From Melioribacter roseus (GTDB lineage: Bacteria > Bacteroidota > Ignavibacteria > Ignavibacteriales > Melioribacteraceae), in the NCBI GenBank assembly GCA_020722085.1, contig DYLN01000001.1, positions 1,368-65,367 on the forward strand: a stretch of 64,000 nucleotides of DNA. Reading direction: 5' to 3'. Of the stretch, positions 19,681-29,091 are shown piece after piece. A program made the position numbers and the translations under genes. The notes under the pieces are model-generated. The model was not told where the DNA came from, ran no database searches, and saw only the letters and a list, made by a program, of their open reading frames with translations. Numbering within the stretch: the stretch's first letter is position 1; each line of letters starts with the position of its first letter.

Positions 19681-20280
19681 ATGAACTTTTCTGTGGGTAA
19701 AATAAATACTTTTTCGAATTATATCAGTATCGTAAGAATATTCTTAGCCGTTCCTTTATTGATACTTCTGAACAGCTATGAAGTTTACGACATGTACAGA
19801 ACATTAATAATTGCTATTCTCCTTTTTGCTTTTATTACTGATATCTCTGACGGATACATTGCCAGAAAAAGAAATGAGATTACTGAATTTGGTAAAATCA
19901 TTGACCCTCTTGCAGATAAAGTGTTGATTTTTATTGTTGTAATAAAATTATATTTATTATCGGAGATTCCCGGTTATATATTCTGGATAATTATTATCCG
20001 TGATTTACTTATCCTTTTAGGTGGAATTTATGTCAGCAAAAAATTGGGCAGAGTTTTACCATCGAACTTATTAGGAAAGGCAACCGTGATAATAATAGGA
20101 ATTTTTATTCTATCAATTATAGGTGGAATAGATAAGGATATTTGGTTTTATAAATATTTATTGTACTTATGTATAATGTTCTCTTTCATTTCAATCATTG
20201 GTTATTTGATTCGCTCAATGGAAGCAATTAATTGGGGAAAAAATGAGTATACTAAAATCGATAAGCTTTACAAAAATTAA
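19681..20280 (+). CDS. CDP-alcohol phosphatidyltransferase family protein
   Basis: 199 aa. DGYIARKRNEITEFGKIIDPLADK matches D-G-x2-A-R-x8-G-x3-D-x3-D. Multi-pass membrane protein. Confidence 0.85.
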   Translation: MNFSVGKINTFSNYISIVRIFLAVPLLILLNSYEVYDMYRTLIIAILLFAFITDISDGYIARKRNEITEFGKIIDPLADKVLIFIVVIKLYLLSEIPGYIFWIIIIRDLLILLGGIYVSKKLGRVLPSNLLGKATVIIIGIFILSIIGGIDKDIWFYKYLLYLCIMFSFISIIGYLIRSMEAINWGKNEYTKIDKLYKN

Positions 20281-21178
20281 AGATGGACTCTCGAAGACAC
20301 GCGAAAAATTAATCGGAAAGATAAACGAGGCAATTACCGGCAAAGCAAAAATTGATTTAGAAACGCTCAATGAAATTGAGGAAATACTCCTTTCAAGCGA
20401 TATCGGATTAGATACGGTTGAAATCATCATCGATAAAGTTAAGACATCACTTAAAAATGAAAATTCCCGTTCCGAAGAAACTGTCAAAAAAGTAATTAAA
20501 TCAGAATTATCTAAAATTCTTGAAGCAGCAAACACAAAAATTGATCAAATGTCATTATCTAAATTTAAGCCTTATGTTATACTGATAATTGGTGTTAACG
20601 GAGCAGGTAAGACAACTTCGATAGGGAAGTTGGCATATAACTTTCGAAGTGAAGGTTATAAAGTAATTATTGGCTCAGCTGATACTTTTCGTGCAGCCGC
20701 AAACGATCAATTGGAAATCTGGGCAAGAAAAGCGGGGGTGGAAATTATTCAAGGTAAAACAGGAGCAGATCCTTCATCAATAGTATATAATGCAATAAAA
20801 ACCGCTATAGATCAAAATTACGATATTGTACTTTTAGATACCGCTGGCAGATTACACACAAAAATCAATCTGATGCAAGAACTAAAAAAAATGCACACAA
20901 CAATTAATAAACTGCTCCCTTATGCTCCAAATGATGTTTTTATAGTTTTGGATGCCACAACTGGACAGAACGCAATTTACCAGGTAAACGAATTTAAGAA
21001 ATATTCGACTCCCACAGGTTTAATAATCAACAAATTAGATGGCACAGCCAAAGGCGGAGTTATTTTTCAGATATGCCGTGAAAATAAAATACCTATACGA
21101 TATATTGGAGTCGGTGAAGAAATCGACGACTTACAGGTTTTTAATCCAAATGAATTTGTTAACGCTTTATTTGAATAG
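20243..21178 (+). CDS. ftsY: signal recognition particle receptor FtsY
   Basis: 311 aa. GVNGAGKTTSIGKLA, DTAGRLH, NKLDGTAKGG SRP-GTPase motifs. Confidence 0.93.
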   Translation: MSILKSISFTKIKDGLSKTREKLIGKINEAITGKAKIDLETLNEIEEILLSSDIGLDTVEIIIDKVKTSLKNENSRSEETVKKVIKSELSKILEAANTKIDQMSLSKFKPYVILIIGVNGAGKTTSIGKLAYNFRSEGYKVIIGSADTFRAAANDQLEIWARKAGVEIIQGKTGADPSSIVYNAIKTAIDQNYDIVLLDTAGRLHTKINLMQELKKMHTTINKLLPYAPNDVFIVLDATTGQNAIYQVNEFKKYSTPTGLIINKLDGTAKGGVIFQICRENKIPIRYIGVGEEIDDLQVFNPNEFVNALFE

Positions 21179-21224
21179 TAAATAACCTGATATATTTTAA
21201 GGAATACATAGAGAACTGTCAATC

Positions 21225-21431
21225 ATGTTCATGAAAAAGCCGAAGCACAAAGTATTTGATTACCAGCCGCGTTTTTATAAACCTGATGAGGACAAAACAG
21301 AACTGCGTAAGAAAAGATTAAAATTTAGATATGCAAGAAAGTTACATCAAAAGAGGAGGTCGTTTATTTACTGGCTTGTCCTACTTATTATTGTTCTGTA
21401 CTTATATTTAAAATTATCACATTACTTTTGA
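21225..21431 (+). CDS. hypothetical small basic protein with C-terminal TM helix
   Basis: 68 aa. Lys/Arg-rich N-terminal half, then FIYWLVLLIIVLYLYL. Confidence 0.4.
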   Translation: MFMKKPKHKVFDYQPRFYKPDEDKTELRKKRLKFRYARKLHQKRRSFIYWLVLLIIVLYLYLKLSHYF

Positions 21432-21488
21432 AAAAGAGCAAATCTTAGTTTACATAATATACATTATGTGCAATAAATGCGTATCAGA

Positions 21489-22340
21489 TTAATCGTATTT
21501 AAAAAATCCTTCACCAGTTTTTCTGCCTAATTTATTGGCTGCTACCATTTTTTTTAGTAATGGGCATGGTCTGTATTTAGAATCGTTAAAGCCGTTATAT
21601 AACACTTCCATGATAGAAAGACATACATCTAGTCCGATAAAATCAGCTAACGTTAATGGACCCATAGGATGATTCATTCCAAGTCTCATAACTGTATCAA
21701 TATCTTTAGCTGTGGCTACACCTTCATATAATGCAAATATTGCTTCGTTTATCATTGGCATCAATATTCTATTTGAAATAAAACCGGGATAATCATGCAC
21801 TTCAACAGGTTCTTTGTTAAGTGAAACTGCTAATTCTTTTGTTATGTTAAAAGTTTGCTCCGATGTTGAGTAACCGCGTATAATTTCGACTAATTTCATT
21901 ACTGGAACAGGATTCATAAAGTGCATACCAATAAATCGATCGGGTCTGCAAACTCTTGATAATTCTGTGATTGAAATAGATGAGGTATTTGAGGCAAATA
22001 TACTTTCTTTTTTAATTATTTTTTCTAATCCCTTAAATAGAAATAATTTACTTTCTTTATTTTCATAAATTGCTTCTATAATAAAATCAGTGTCATAATC
22101 AATAGCTTCATAACCAATTTTAGTGGTAATATTTTTTAGTGTAGTATTTTTTTGCTCTTCGGTAATAATATTTTTCGCTAATTGTCTATCTAAATTCTTT
22201 TTGATTGTTGATAATGCATTTGTAAGTAATAAGTTATCTTGGTCAATAAGCTGTACATTATAGCTGTTAAGAGCAAAAACATGAGCGATTCCATTACCCA
22301 TAGTACCGGCTCCAATAACAGCTACTTTTTTTATATCCAT
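21489..22340 (-). CDS. hbd: 3-hydroxybutyryl-CoA dehydrogenase
   Basis: 283 aa. VIGAGTMGNGIA Rossmann motif. HFMNPVPVMKLVE and GFISNR typical of the 3HCDH family. Confidence 0.9.
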   Translation of the reverse strand: MDIKKVAVIGAGTMGNGIAHVFALNSYNVQLIDQDNLLLTNALSTIKKNLDRQLAKNIITEEQKNTTLKNITTKIGYEAIDYDTDFIIEAIYENKESKLFLFKGLEKIIKKESIFASNTSSISITELSRVCRPDRFIGMHFMNPVPVMKLVEIIRGYSTSEQTFNITKELAVSLNKEPVEVHDYPGFISNRILMPMINEAIFALYEGVATAKDIDTVMRLGMNHPMGPLTLADFIGLDVCLSIMEVLYNGFNDSKYRPCPLLKKMVAANKLGRKTGEGFFKYD

Positions 22341-22341
22341 A

Positions 22342-23532
22342 TCATGCTCCCGAAATATTATAGTTTTTAACTATTAGTGCAGATGCCTCACCACCGCCAA
22401 TACAAAGTGAAGCAAGTCCAAGTTTAGATTTTCTTTTTTTCATTTCGTAAATTAATGTAGTTAATATTCTTGCTCCGCTAGCTCCAATCGGATGTCCTAA
22501 AGCTATTGCCCCTCCATTCACGTTAACTTTAGTAGCATCCAGTCCCAACAATTGATTTACAGCGAGTGATACTACAGCAAATGCTTCGTTAATTTCAAAA
22601 AGATCAATATCTGCAGTAGTGAGTTTAGCCTTTTTTAATACTTTACTTATTGCATCGGCTGGTGCAGTTGGAAACTCAATAGGGGCTTTAGCAGCGGAAG
22701 ACTGCTCAATGATTTCAACCATTGGTTTCATTCCAAGTTCAATGGCTTTTTCTTCACTCATAACTAAAACTGCAGCAGCCCCGTCATTCAATTTAGAAGC
22801 ATTTGCAGCCGTAACTATCCCGTCTTTTTCGAATGCGGGTTTTAATGTCGCTATCTTTTCAAACTTCACTTTGCGAGGTTCTTCGTCTTCTTTGACAATA
22901 AGTGTATCTTTTTTCGCCTCGATCTTAACTTCCGTTATTTCGTCATCGAATTTATGATCTTTCTGCGCATCTAATGCACGCTTATAAGATTCCACTGCAA
23001 ACTCATCAACCATTTCTCGAGTAAACTTAAAATCTCTGGCACAAGCTTCGGCACAACTGCCCATATGAATGTCGTTGTACACATCCCACAGTCCGTCAAT
23101 AATCATGTGGTCTACAATTTTTGAATTTCCAAACTTGTATCCTTTCCTTGCCTCCGGCAGTAAATAAGGTGCGTTAGACATGCTTTCCATGCCGCCGGCA
23201 ATTATAACATCAGCATCACCGCACTTAATCGCCTGATGAGCAAGCATAACAGCTTTTAACCCGCTTCCGCACATTTTATTAATTGTTAAACATTCTATTT
23301 TATTTGGCAGACCCGCATACAGTGCAGCTTGTCTTGCAGGCGCTTGTCCTAAACCGGCAGATAATACATTTCCCATTATAACTTCATTAACAATTTCAGG
23401 ATCGATTTGGGTTACTCTCAAAATATCTTTTATAACAATACTTCCTAATTGTGGTGCTGTGAGCGATGAAAGGCTGCCAAGAAAGGAACCGACAGGAGTA
23501 CGTTTTGCTGCTGTAATTACAACTTTCCGCAT
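22342..23532 (-). CDS. acetyl-CoA acetyltransferase (thiolase II)
   Basis: 396 aa. NKMCGSGLKA active-site Cys, NGGAIALGHPIGASG, CIGGGEASA. Confidence 0.93.
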   Translation of the reverse strand: MRKVVITAAKRTPVGSFLGSLSSLTAPQLGSIVIKDILRVTQIDPEIVNEVIMGNVLSAGLGQAPARQAALYAGLPNKIECLTINKMCGSGLKAVMLAHQAIKCGDADVIIAGGMESMSNAPYLLPEARKGYKFGNSKIVDHMIIDGLWDVYNDIHMGSCAEACARDFKFTREMVDEFAVESYKRALDAQKDHKFDDEITEVKIEAKKDTLIVKEDEEPRKVKFEKIATLKPAFEKDGIVTAANASKLNDGAAAVLVMSEEKAIELGMKPMVEIIEQSSAAKAPIEFPTAPADAISKVLKKAKLTTADIDLFEINEAFAVVSLAVNQLLGLDATKVNVNGGAIALGHPIGASGARILTTLIYEMKKRKSKLGLASLCIGGGEASALIVKNYNISGA

Positions 23533-23576
23533 TTTTCCTCCTAAAAAAATTAAAATGGTTAACAGAAACTATAGAG

Positions 23577-24422
23577 TCATTCAACTTCAAATGACAAACA
23601 ACATTTTAGCTTACCGCAGGGACCGCTTAATTTGCCCATGGATGACAATAAGTTCTGTTCATTGGCTAACTGTGTAGTAATCTTTTTAAAATTACCCAAG
23701 AAAGCAGTGCAGCAATATTCTCTTCCGCAAGTGCCGATGCCACCGATTCTTTTTGCCTCATCGCGTACACCAATCTGACGTAATTCTATTCTTGTCTTAA
23801 AAATAGCTGCAAGGTCCTTAGCTAATTCTCTGAAATCAACACGTCCGTCAGCAGTATAAAAAAAGAATAATCTCTTCCGGTCAAACTGAAAGTGTATGCT
23901 AACCAGTTTCATATCAAGATTGAATTTGGAAACGCTGTCTTTGAAAATCTGTACTGCTCTTTTTTCATCAGAACGATTTTTGTTTATCCGTTCAATATCT
24001 TCGTCTCTTACTTTTCGTACTACTTTAGGTAAGGTTTCTCCAAACAACCCATTGTACTGCCGCTTAATTCTGACAAATTCACCCATTAATTTTACATGGG
24101 CTATTTCGTAAAAATCGTCTCTGTTTACTATTACTATGTCTCCTGGAATAATTTCGCCGACTAATTCAGACGGAACTTCGCAGTAATTGCAACCTAGCAA
24201 TCCCTCACATGCTGCTTCAATAATTTCTCTATTATCCGGCGGAACTCTTACTTCTTTTTCTATTCCAGTTGAAATGCAGCCGCTAATATTGTGGTGATTG
24301 TAGTTTAGTTTATTGACGATTATAGACCTGAAACAATTATTACACTCTGTCTCGGCAACTGCTAATTGCTCTGGGAACGGCTGTGTTTCGGGCTGAAGGA
24401 AAGAAAGATCTATATAGTACAC
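23577..24422 (-). CDS. PSP1-domain protein (RicT/YaaT-like)
   Basis: 281 aa. FYTADGRVDFRELAKDLAAIFKTRIELRQIGVRDEAK and GTCGREYCC...CGKLKCC motifs. Directly downstream of holB, as in Bacillus. GTG start. The Cys-containing N-terminal stretch (CNNC, CNYC) resembles, from memory, Cys-rich N-termini in Bacteroidetes homologs. Confidence 0.85.
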   Translation of the reverse strand: MYYIDLSFLQPETQPFPEQLAVAETECNNCFRSIIVNKLNYNHHNISGCISTGIEKEVRVPPDNREIIEAACEGLLGCNYCEVPSELVGEIIPGDIVIVNRDDFYEIAHVKLMGEFVRIKRQYNGLFGETLPKVVRKVRDEDIERINKNRSDEKRAVQIFKDSVSKFNLDMKLVSIHFQFDRKRLFFFYTADGRVDFRELAKDLAAIFKTRIELRQIGVRDEAKRIGGIGTCGREYCCTAFLGNFKKITTQLANEQNLLSSMGKLSGPCGKLKCCLSFEVE

Positions 24423-24425
24423 ACA

Positions 24426-25538
24426 TTAATTCCTTAATGTAATCGAAGCTAATTCAAATATAAGACATAAAGATATTATATTCAAGTTAACATTCTTATC
24501 TATTAAATTCCTTAATTTTTCTAGTTGTACAACTGTTTCGTTTAAGTTTACCGTAGTATAACGGTTGTTAAATTTCTTTATCGTTTCTCTGTATTCTTTA
24601 AAATAAAGATCACCACTAAAAAATTTATCAGCCATAGTGTCATTAAACCATTTTAAGATCAAATCAATAACCAACTTCATTAGATTCGGTGTAAAGTTTT
24701 CTGTTGCTTTTTTCAGTTCATTGTAAGCAGTAAAATATCTTTTGCCGAGAGAATAACGGAGAATTAAGATTGTTTTTTCCAGCATCTTCTCAAAATCGTT
24801 TTCTAAAAGTTGGACTGCTTTATACACAGAACCGTCGCAAAAGTGAGAAACATTTTTTACAACCTCATCTTCTATTTTGAAAAATTTTTTTAGTATTAGT
24901 TCTATTTCTGCCGGAGAAAGAGGATCGAAATCAATTTCCCAGCATCTAGAAATGATAGTCGGCAGCAATTTGTTTTTTTCGGAAGTCAGCAAAATAAAAA
25001 TAACACCCATAGGGGGTTCTTCGAGATTTTTCAACAGAGCATTTTGAGCTTCGTCATTCATCAAGTGAGCATTTACAATTATTACTACCCTTCTGTTAAT
25101 ATCGCTGTATTCAAGATTAATAAACTTATTTATATCTCTAATGCTGTTAATCTTAATTGTGTTTGCATTTTCGATGTTTATCCTGTAATAAGGATTTTCT
25201 TTTTTCTTATTCATTTCAGAATAAATTAATTCCAAAATTTCTTTGGGCAATTTTTCTGTCGGTGAATCCTCACCGGTTTCGTTCTTGCCTCTCGGCAATG
25301 GAATTACCAGTTTTATGTAGGGTTCAAGAAGTGAACTAATTTTTGACAATATTAATTTGCTATTAATTCCATAGCCGCTATTAAGAACCTTAGTAAATTG
25401 AATTGCTGTATTGAATTTTCCTACTCCTTCAGGACCGTAAAATAAAAAGGCGTGTGGGACACGCCTTGATTCGAAAACATTTTGTAAAATGCTTTTTGCG
25501 TTATTTTGGTTTACAACTTCGTTAAATAGTTCATGCAT
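24426..25538 (-). CDS. holB: DNA polymerase III delta-prime subunit
   Basis: 370 aa. PHAFLFYGPEGVGK Walker A-like motif, LLKNLEEPP, TIISRC. Confidence 0.88.
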   Translation of the reverse strand: MHELFNEVVNQNNAKSILQNVFESRRVPHAFLFYGPEGVGKFNTAIQFTKVLNSGYGINSKLILSKISSLLEPYIKLVIPLPRGKNETGEDSPTEKLPKEILELIYSEMNKKKENPYYRINIENANTIKINSIRDINKFINLEYSDINRRVVIIVNAHLMNDEAQNALLKNLEEPPMGVIFILLTSEKNKLLPTIISRCWEIDFDPLSPAEIELILKKFFKIEDEVVKNVSHFCDGSVYKAVQLLENDFEKMLEKTILILRYSLGKRYFTAYNELKKATENFTPNLMKLVIDLILKWFNDTMADKFFSGDLYFKEYRETIKKFNNRYTTVNLNETVVQLEKLRNLIDKNVNLNIISLCLIFELASITLRN

Positions 25539-25552
25539 TAAAATCTCTTATT

Positions 25553-25783
25553 CTACGATTTGTATTCATCATCATCGCTGTAAAAGAAATCTTCGTCGCT
25601 CGGATAATCAGGCCAAATATCTTCGATACTTTCATAAAGTTCTTCGGAATCTTCCAGTTCTTGCAAATTTTCTATGACCTCAATAGGGGCTCCAATTCTT
25701 TCAGCGTAATCTATTAATTCTTCTTTTGTTGCAGGCCAAGGAGCGTCATCAAGATAAGATGCAAGTTCGACCGTCCATATCAT
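25553..25783 (-). CDS. DUF2795-domain protein
   Basis: 76 aa. ASYLDDAPWPATKEELIDYAERIGAP pattern, acidic tail. Confidence 0.6.
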   Translation of the reverse strand: MIWTVELASYLDDAPWPATKEELIDYAERIGAPIEVIENLQELEDSEELYESIEDIWPDYPSDEDFFYSDDDEYKS

Positions 25784-25786
25784 ATT

Positions 25787-26761
25787 TTAATTATTCTCCT
25801 TTGAGTTATTGTCTTTCCCTAACAAAGATGTCGGGGCAGATTTTACGAAATCAAATAAATTTACATCGTCATACATAAAATTACGGGGGTCTAAGGGTAT
25901 TCCGTTGTGTCTAACTTCGTAATGAAGATGAGGACCTGTAGTTAATGAACCGGAATTGCCTGATAAAGCAATCATGTCTCCCCTAACCACCCTTTGTCCC
26001 TGCCTAACCAAAGCTTTTGATAGATGTCCGTAAATTGTAGTGTATCCGAAGCCATGATCAATTTCAATTGTTAAACCAGTTCCCCCTCTTCGACCAACAA
26101 AAGAAACTTTACCCGCACCCGGAGCATAGATTTTTGTTCCAATATCAACTATAATATCCTGGCCATCATGCATTCTGCGGATTTTTAATATAGGATGTAT
26201 TCTCATACCAAATTGATCGCCAAATATACCATCGACTGGTTTTATAGCAGGAATTGCCTCATAAAGTTTTTCATTTGATTTAAGCGCTTCTTTAATTTCA
26301 TTATAACTTTCTTTTTCAAGCGCTACTTTTGCGGAAAGATCTATTACATACGAAGAAATTTCATTCAGTAGTTCTTTAACATCAGAGGGGGTGCCTGGGT
26401 CGAAATTACCAAAAATATTTCCTCCAGTCCCTGCTAAAGAATCTTCGCTGTTAATTGGTTCTAAATTAGTTACCAGTCTAAGTTCATTGCTGCTTTTTAA
26501 AAGAGTATCAATTTGCACACTCAACGATCTATATTTCTCAAGCAATGATTGAAATTGCTCCTTCCATTGTAGATTTTTCCTTTGGAGAGATTTAACTTCC
26601 CAATCGGGGTTTACAAATTCGTTATAGACCAGAAAACTTCCAAAAAGGAAAAAGGAAATTAAAAAAGAAAAGAATATTACAAGGAATAAAAACTTCCTGT
26701 AAAAGTTCTTAATTTCGACGAATTTTAGCTTTGTTTTTGAAAAGTAATAAAATTTTTTCAT
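25787..26761 (-). CDS. M23-family metallopeptidase (membrane-anchored, coiled-coil)
   Basis: 324 aa. HDGQDI, GHLS and GPHLHYEV LytM-type motifs. Confidence 0.9.
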   Translation of the reverse strand: MKKFYYFSKTKLKFVEIKNFYRKFLFLVIFFSFLISFFLFGSFLVYNEFVNPDWEVKSLQRKNLQWKEQFQSLLEKYRSLSVQIDTLLKSSNELRLVTNLEPINSEDSLAGTGGNIFGNFDPGTPSDVKELLNEISSYVIDLSAKVALEKESYNEIKEALKSNEKLYEAIPAIKPVDGIFGDQFGMRIHPILKIRRMHDGQDIIVDIGTKIYAPGAGKVSFVGRRGGTGLTIEIDHGFGYTTIYGHLSKALVRQGQRVVRGDMIALSGNSGSLTTGPHLHYEVRHNGIPLDPRNFMYDDVNLFDFVKSAPTSLLGKDNNSKENN

Positions 26762-26815
26762 ATTAAATTAGGTTGCGAAGATAATAAAAGCACTCTATTC
26801 AGTCAAGCAATATTA

Positions 26816-27829
26816 CTACTCAAAATCATGCTCAAAATAATCAATTACTCTATCTGTACCGTTTAATTTTTGCCGTATTCCGTAATTAAGTCTCCGTTTA
26901 AATACCTGTGCTGCGTCGTATCCATAATGGCGCAGCAAATAATTTAATGCTATCACTTCAGAAATTACAGTTATGTTTTTCCCGGGTACTATTGGAAGTT
27001 TAATATACGGAATATCAACATCAAGCAGAGTTTGTTTTATTCCGTCAAGTCCCGTCCTTGTGTAATCTCCTTTCTCATCCCATATCTCAAGCTCAACAAT
27101 AATTTCAAGTCTTTTTTGAAATCTGATAGCTCTTACACCAAACATACTTCTTATATCAATTATTCCTATTCCGCGAATTTCCATGAAGTGCTTTGCAAGG
27201 TTGGTACCGGAGCCCATTAAAATACCTTCTCCTTTTTTTGTCAATATCACTACGTCATCGGCTACAAGCCTATGACCACGTTCGACCAAATCCAAAGCAA
27301 CTTCACTTTTCCCTATACCAGATTTACCAACAAACAACATTCCTACACCGTAAACGTCCACAAATGAACCGTGAACTGACAAACGCGGTGCAAACTGATC
27401 ATCTAAAAAATCGCTGACAAGAAATATCAATTTAGTTGTCGGAAAGTTTGTACCAAAAATTGGCACCTTATATTTCGACGCAAGTTCAATCATTTCCTCT
27501 AAAGGTTTATTGTTATCAGAGAGAATTAAACAGGGTATATCGAACTTAAAAATATTCTCAAGCGATTTTTTTCTTTGCGAAGATGTAAGCTGATTCAAAT
27601 ACCGCATCTCGGTGTTACCAAAAACCTGTACTCTGTTATAAGAATATAAATCTACAAAGCCTGCTAAGGCAAGTCCGGGACGGTGCAGGTTCTGGTCGTT
27701 GATGACACGATTAAAACCATTTTTCTTATTAAGCAGTTTTAAATTGAATCTGTCCTTAGTATGCTTATAAAAGAAATCTACATCTATGCTTTCTTTCTTT
27801 ACAATATTTTTTTCGTTAATGTTTATCAT
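26816..27829 (-). CDS. hprK: HPr kinase/phosphorylase
   Basis: 337 aa. GKSGIGKSEVALDLVERGHRLVADD Walker A and signature. EIRGIGIIDI. Confidence 0.92.
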   Translation of the reverse strand: MININEKNIVKKESIDVDFFYKHTKDRFNLKLLNKKNGFNRVINDQNLHRPGLALAGFVDLYSYNRVQVFGNTEMRYLNQLTSSQRKKSLENIFKFDIPCLILSDNNKPLEEMIELASKYKVPIFGTNFPTTKLIFLVSDFLDDQFAPRLSVHGSFVDVYGVGMLFVGKSGIGKSEVALDLVERGHRLVADDVVILTKKGEGILMGSGTNLAKHFMEIRGIGIIDIRSMFGVRAIRFQKRLEIIVELEIWDEKGDYTRTGLDGIKQTLLDVDIPYIKLPIVPGKNITVISEVIALNYLLRHYGYDAAQVFKRRLNYGIRQKLNGTDRVIDYFEHDFE

Positions 27830-28128
27830 CTGATTTTAGACAGTTTTTTTGTTTTTTCTTTTCTTAATTGACGTTCTAATTTATTTCGTGCTTCAACAAT
27901 TGATCTCTTAAAATCTTCCGTAGAAGAAGTAACTGATAAAAGTTTCCCTGGAATCTGTGCATTAATCTCTACGGTTTTAATACTATCCTTTGTGTGTGTA
28001 AAACTCAAAATCACATCTACGTCCAATATTTGATCGTTAAGTTTCTCCAACGATCTAAGATTTTGATTAATATAGCTTTTCAGCGAATCTTTTGCGCGAA
28101 ACTTACGGGATGTTATTTGGATATTCAT
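27826..28128 (-). CDS. hpf: ribosome hibernation promoting factor / RaiA family
   Basis: 100 aa. MNIQITSRKFRAKDSLKSYINQNL... fits the sigma-54 modulation/S30EA family. Adjacent to hprK. Confidence 0.8.
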   Translation of the reverse strand: MNIQITSRKFRAKDSLKSYINQNLRSLEKLNDQILDVDVILSFTHTKDSIKTVEINAQIPGKLLSVTSSTEDFKRSIVEARNKLERQLRKEKTKKLSKIR

Positions 28129-28138
28129 GTTATCTCCT

Positions 28139-29038
28139 TTAAGATTTTGGATGTGCCTTTTTATAAGTTTGTTTTAGCCTTTCAATACTTACGTGAGTGT
28201 ATATTTGAGTTGTTGTCAGGTTCTCGTGTCCTAAAAATTCTTTCACCGCCATTAAATCCGCACCGCTGTCAAGCATGTGGGTAGCAGCACTATGCCGTAA
28301 AATATGAGGGCTCTTTTTTTCTATTTCACTTACTCTGGATATAAATTTTTTAACGATGTCATATACATAAAATCTATTTATTCTTTTGCCATCAGAATCG
28401 ACAAACAGGGGGGCGGCTTTGGATGCGGTATTATTTGTCTGCAAGTAAGTTTTAATAACCGGAATTGATTTTTCACCGATCGGGACAATTCTCATTTTAG
28501 AACCTTTTCCTGTTATACGAAGTGTTTTGGAATTTATATCTAGATCACTAATGTTCAATGAACATAATTCACTTACCCTTAATGCACAGCCGTAAAGCAG
28601 TTCGAAAATTGCTTTTAATTGAGCAGCTTTAGGAACTTTAAATTCTTGATCTATCAATGTATAAATTTCTAAAAAAGAGTCAAGACTTAATATATCCGGC
28701 AGTTTCCTTTTTATTTTAGGATTCGGAATATTGGACATCGGATTGTTTTCCAGAATGTCGTTTTTTACCAAAAAATTGAACAATTTTCTCAATGCCGATA
28801 ATTTTCTTGAAATAGAACTTTTTGATAAGTCAGATGAATTTAGGCTGACAACAAATCTTCTTATTATTTTGTCAGTAATTTTAGTGATAGAATCGATTTT
28901 TTGATCTTGGCAGAATTCAATAAACTGATTTAAATCTTTTTTATAGGCTTGAAGTGTATTAACAGATGCACGGTCTACCCCGGAAAATTCCGTCAGAAAA
29001 ATTTTTACAGCTTCGTTAAGATCTTTCGTACTTTTCAT
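28139..29038 (-). CDS. tyrosine recombinase XerC/XerD family
   Basis: 299 aa. ALRVSEL, HILRHSAATHML, LGHENLTTTQIYTHV catalytic R-H-R-Y pattern. Confidence 0.88.
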   Translation of the reverse strand: MKSTKDLNEAVKIFLTEFSGVDRASVNTLQAYKKDLNQFIEFCQDQKIDSITKITDKIIRRFVVSLNSSDLSKSSISRKLSALRKLFNFLVKNDILENNPMSNIPNPKIKRKLPDILSLDSFLEIYTLIDQEFKVPKAAQLKAIFELLYGCALRVSELCSLNISDLDINSKTLRITGKGSKMRIVPIGEKSIPVIKTYLQTNNTASKAAPLFVDSDGKRINRFYVYDIVKKFISRVSEIEKKSPHILRHSAATHMLDSGADLMAVKEFLGHENLTTTQIYTHVSIERLKQTYKKAHPKS

Positions 29039-29091
29039 AAAAATTTTGAATTGTAGAAAAATCAGATAGCTAAAAACAACTTAAACAAGAA

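Noticed and set aside
21452-21469. ACATAAT-N4-ATTATGT palindrome between the convergent small membrane protein gene and hbd, as a possible bidirectional terminator
   Set aside because: The stem is only 7 bp and almost all A/T (a single C-G pair), with no flanking T or A runs. It is too weak to call.
23577-24422. Cys-containing N-terminal extension (CNNC…CNYC) on the PSP1/RicT-like protein as a novel Fe-S module
   Set aside because: From memory, Cys-rich N-termini are common in PSP1 homologs from the Bacteroidetes group. This is probably a lineage-typical feature rather than something new.
28139-29038. Tyrosine recombinase as a marker of an integrated mobile element
   Set aside because: It has XerC/XerD-like length and motifs and is embedded between hpf/hprK and topA housekeeping genes. 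There is no adjacent tRNA, flanking repeats or cargo genes.
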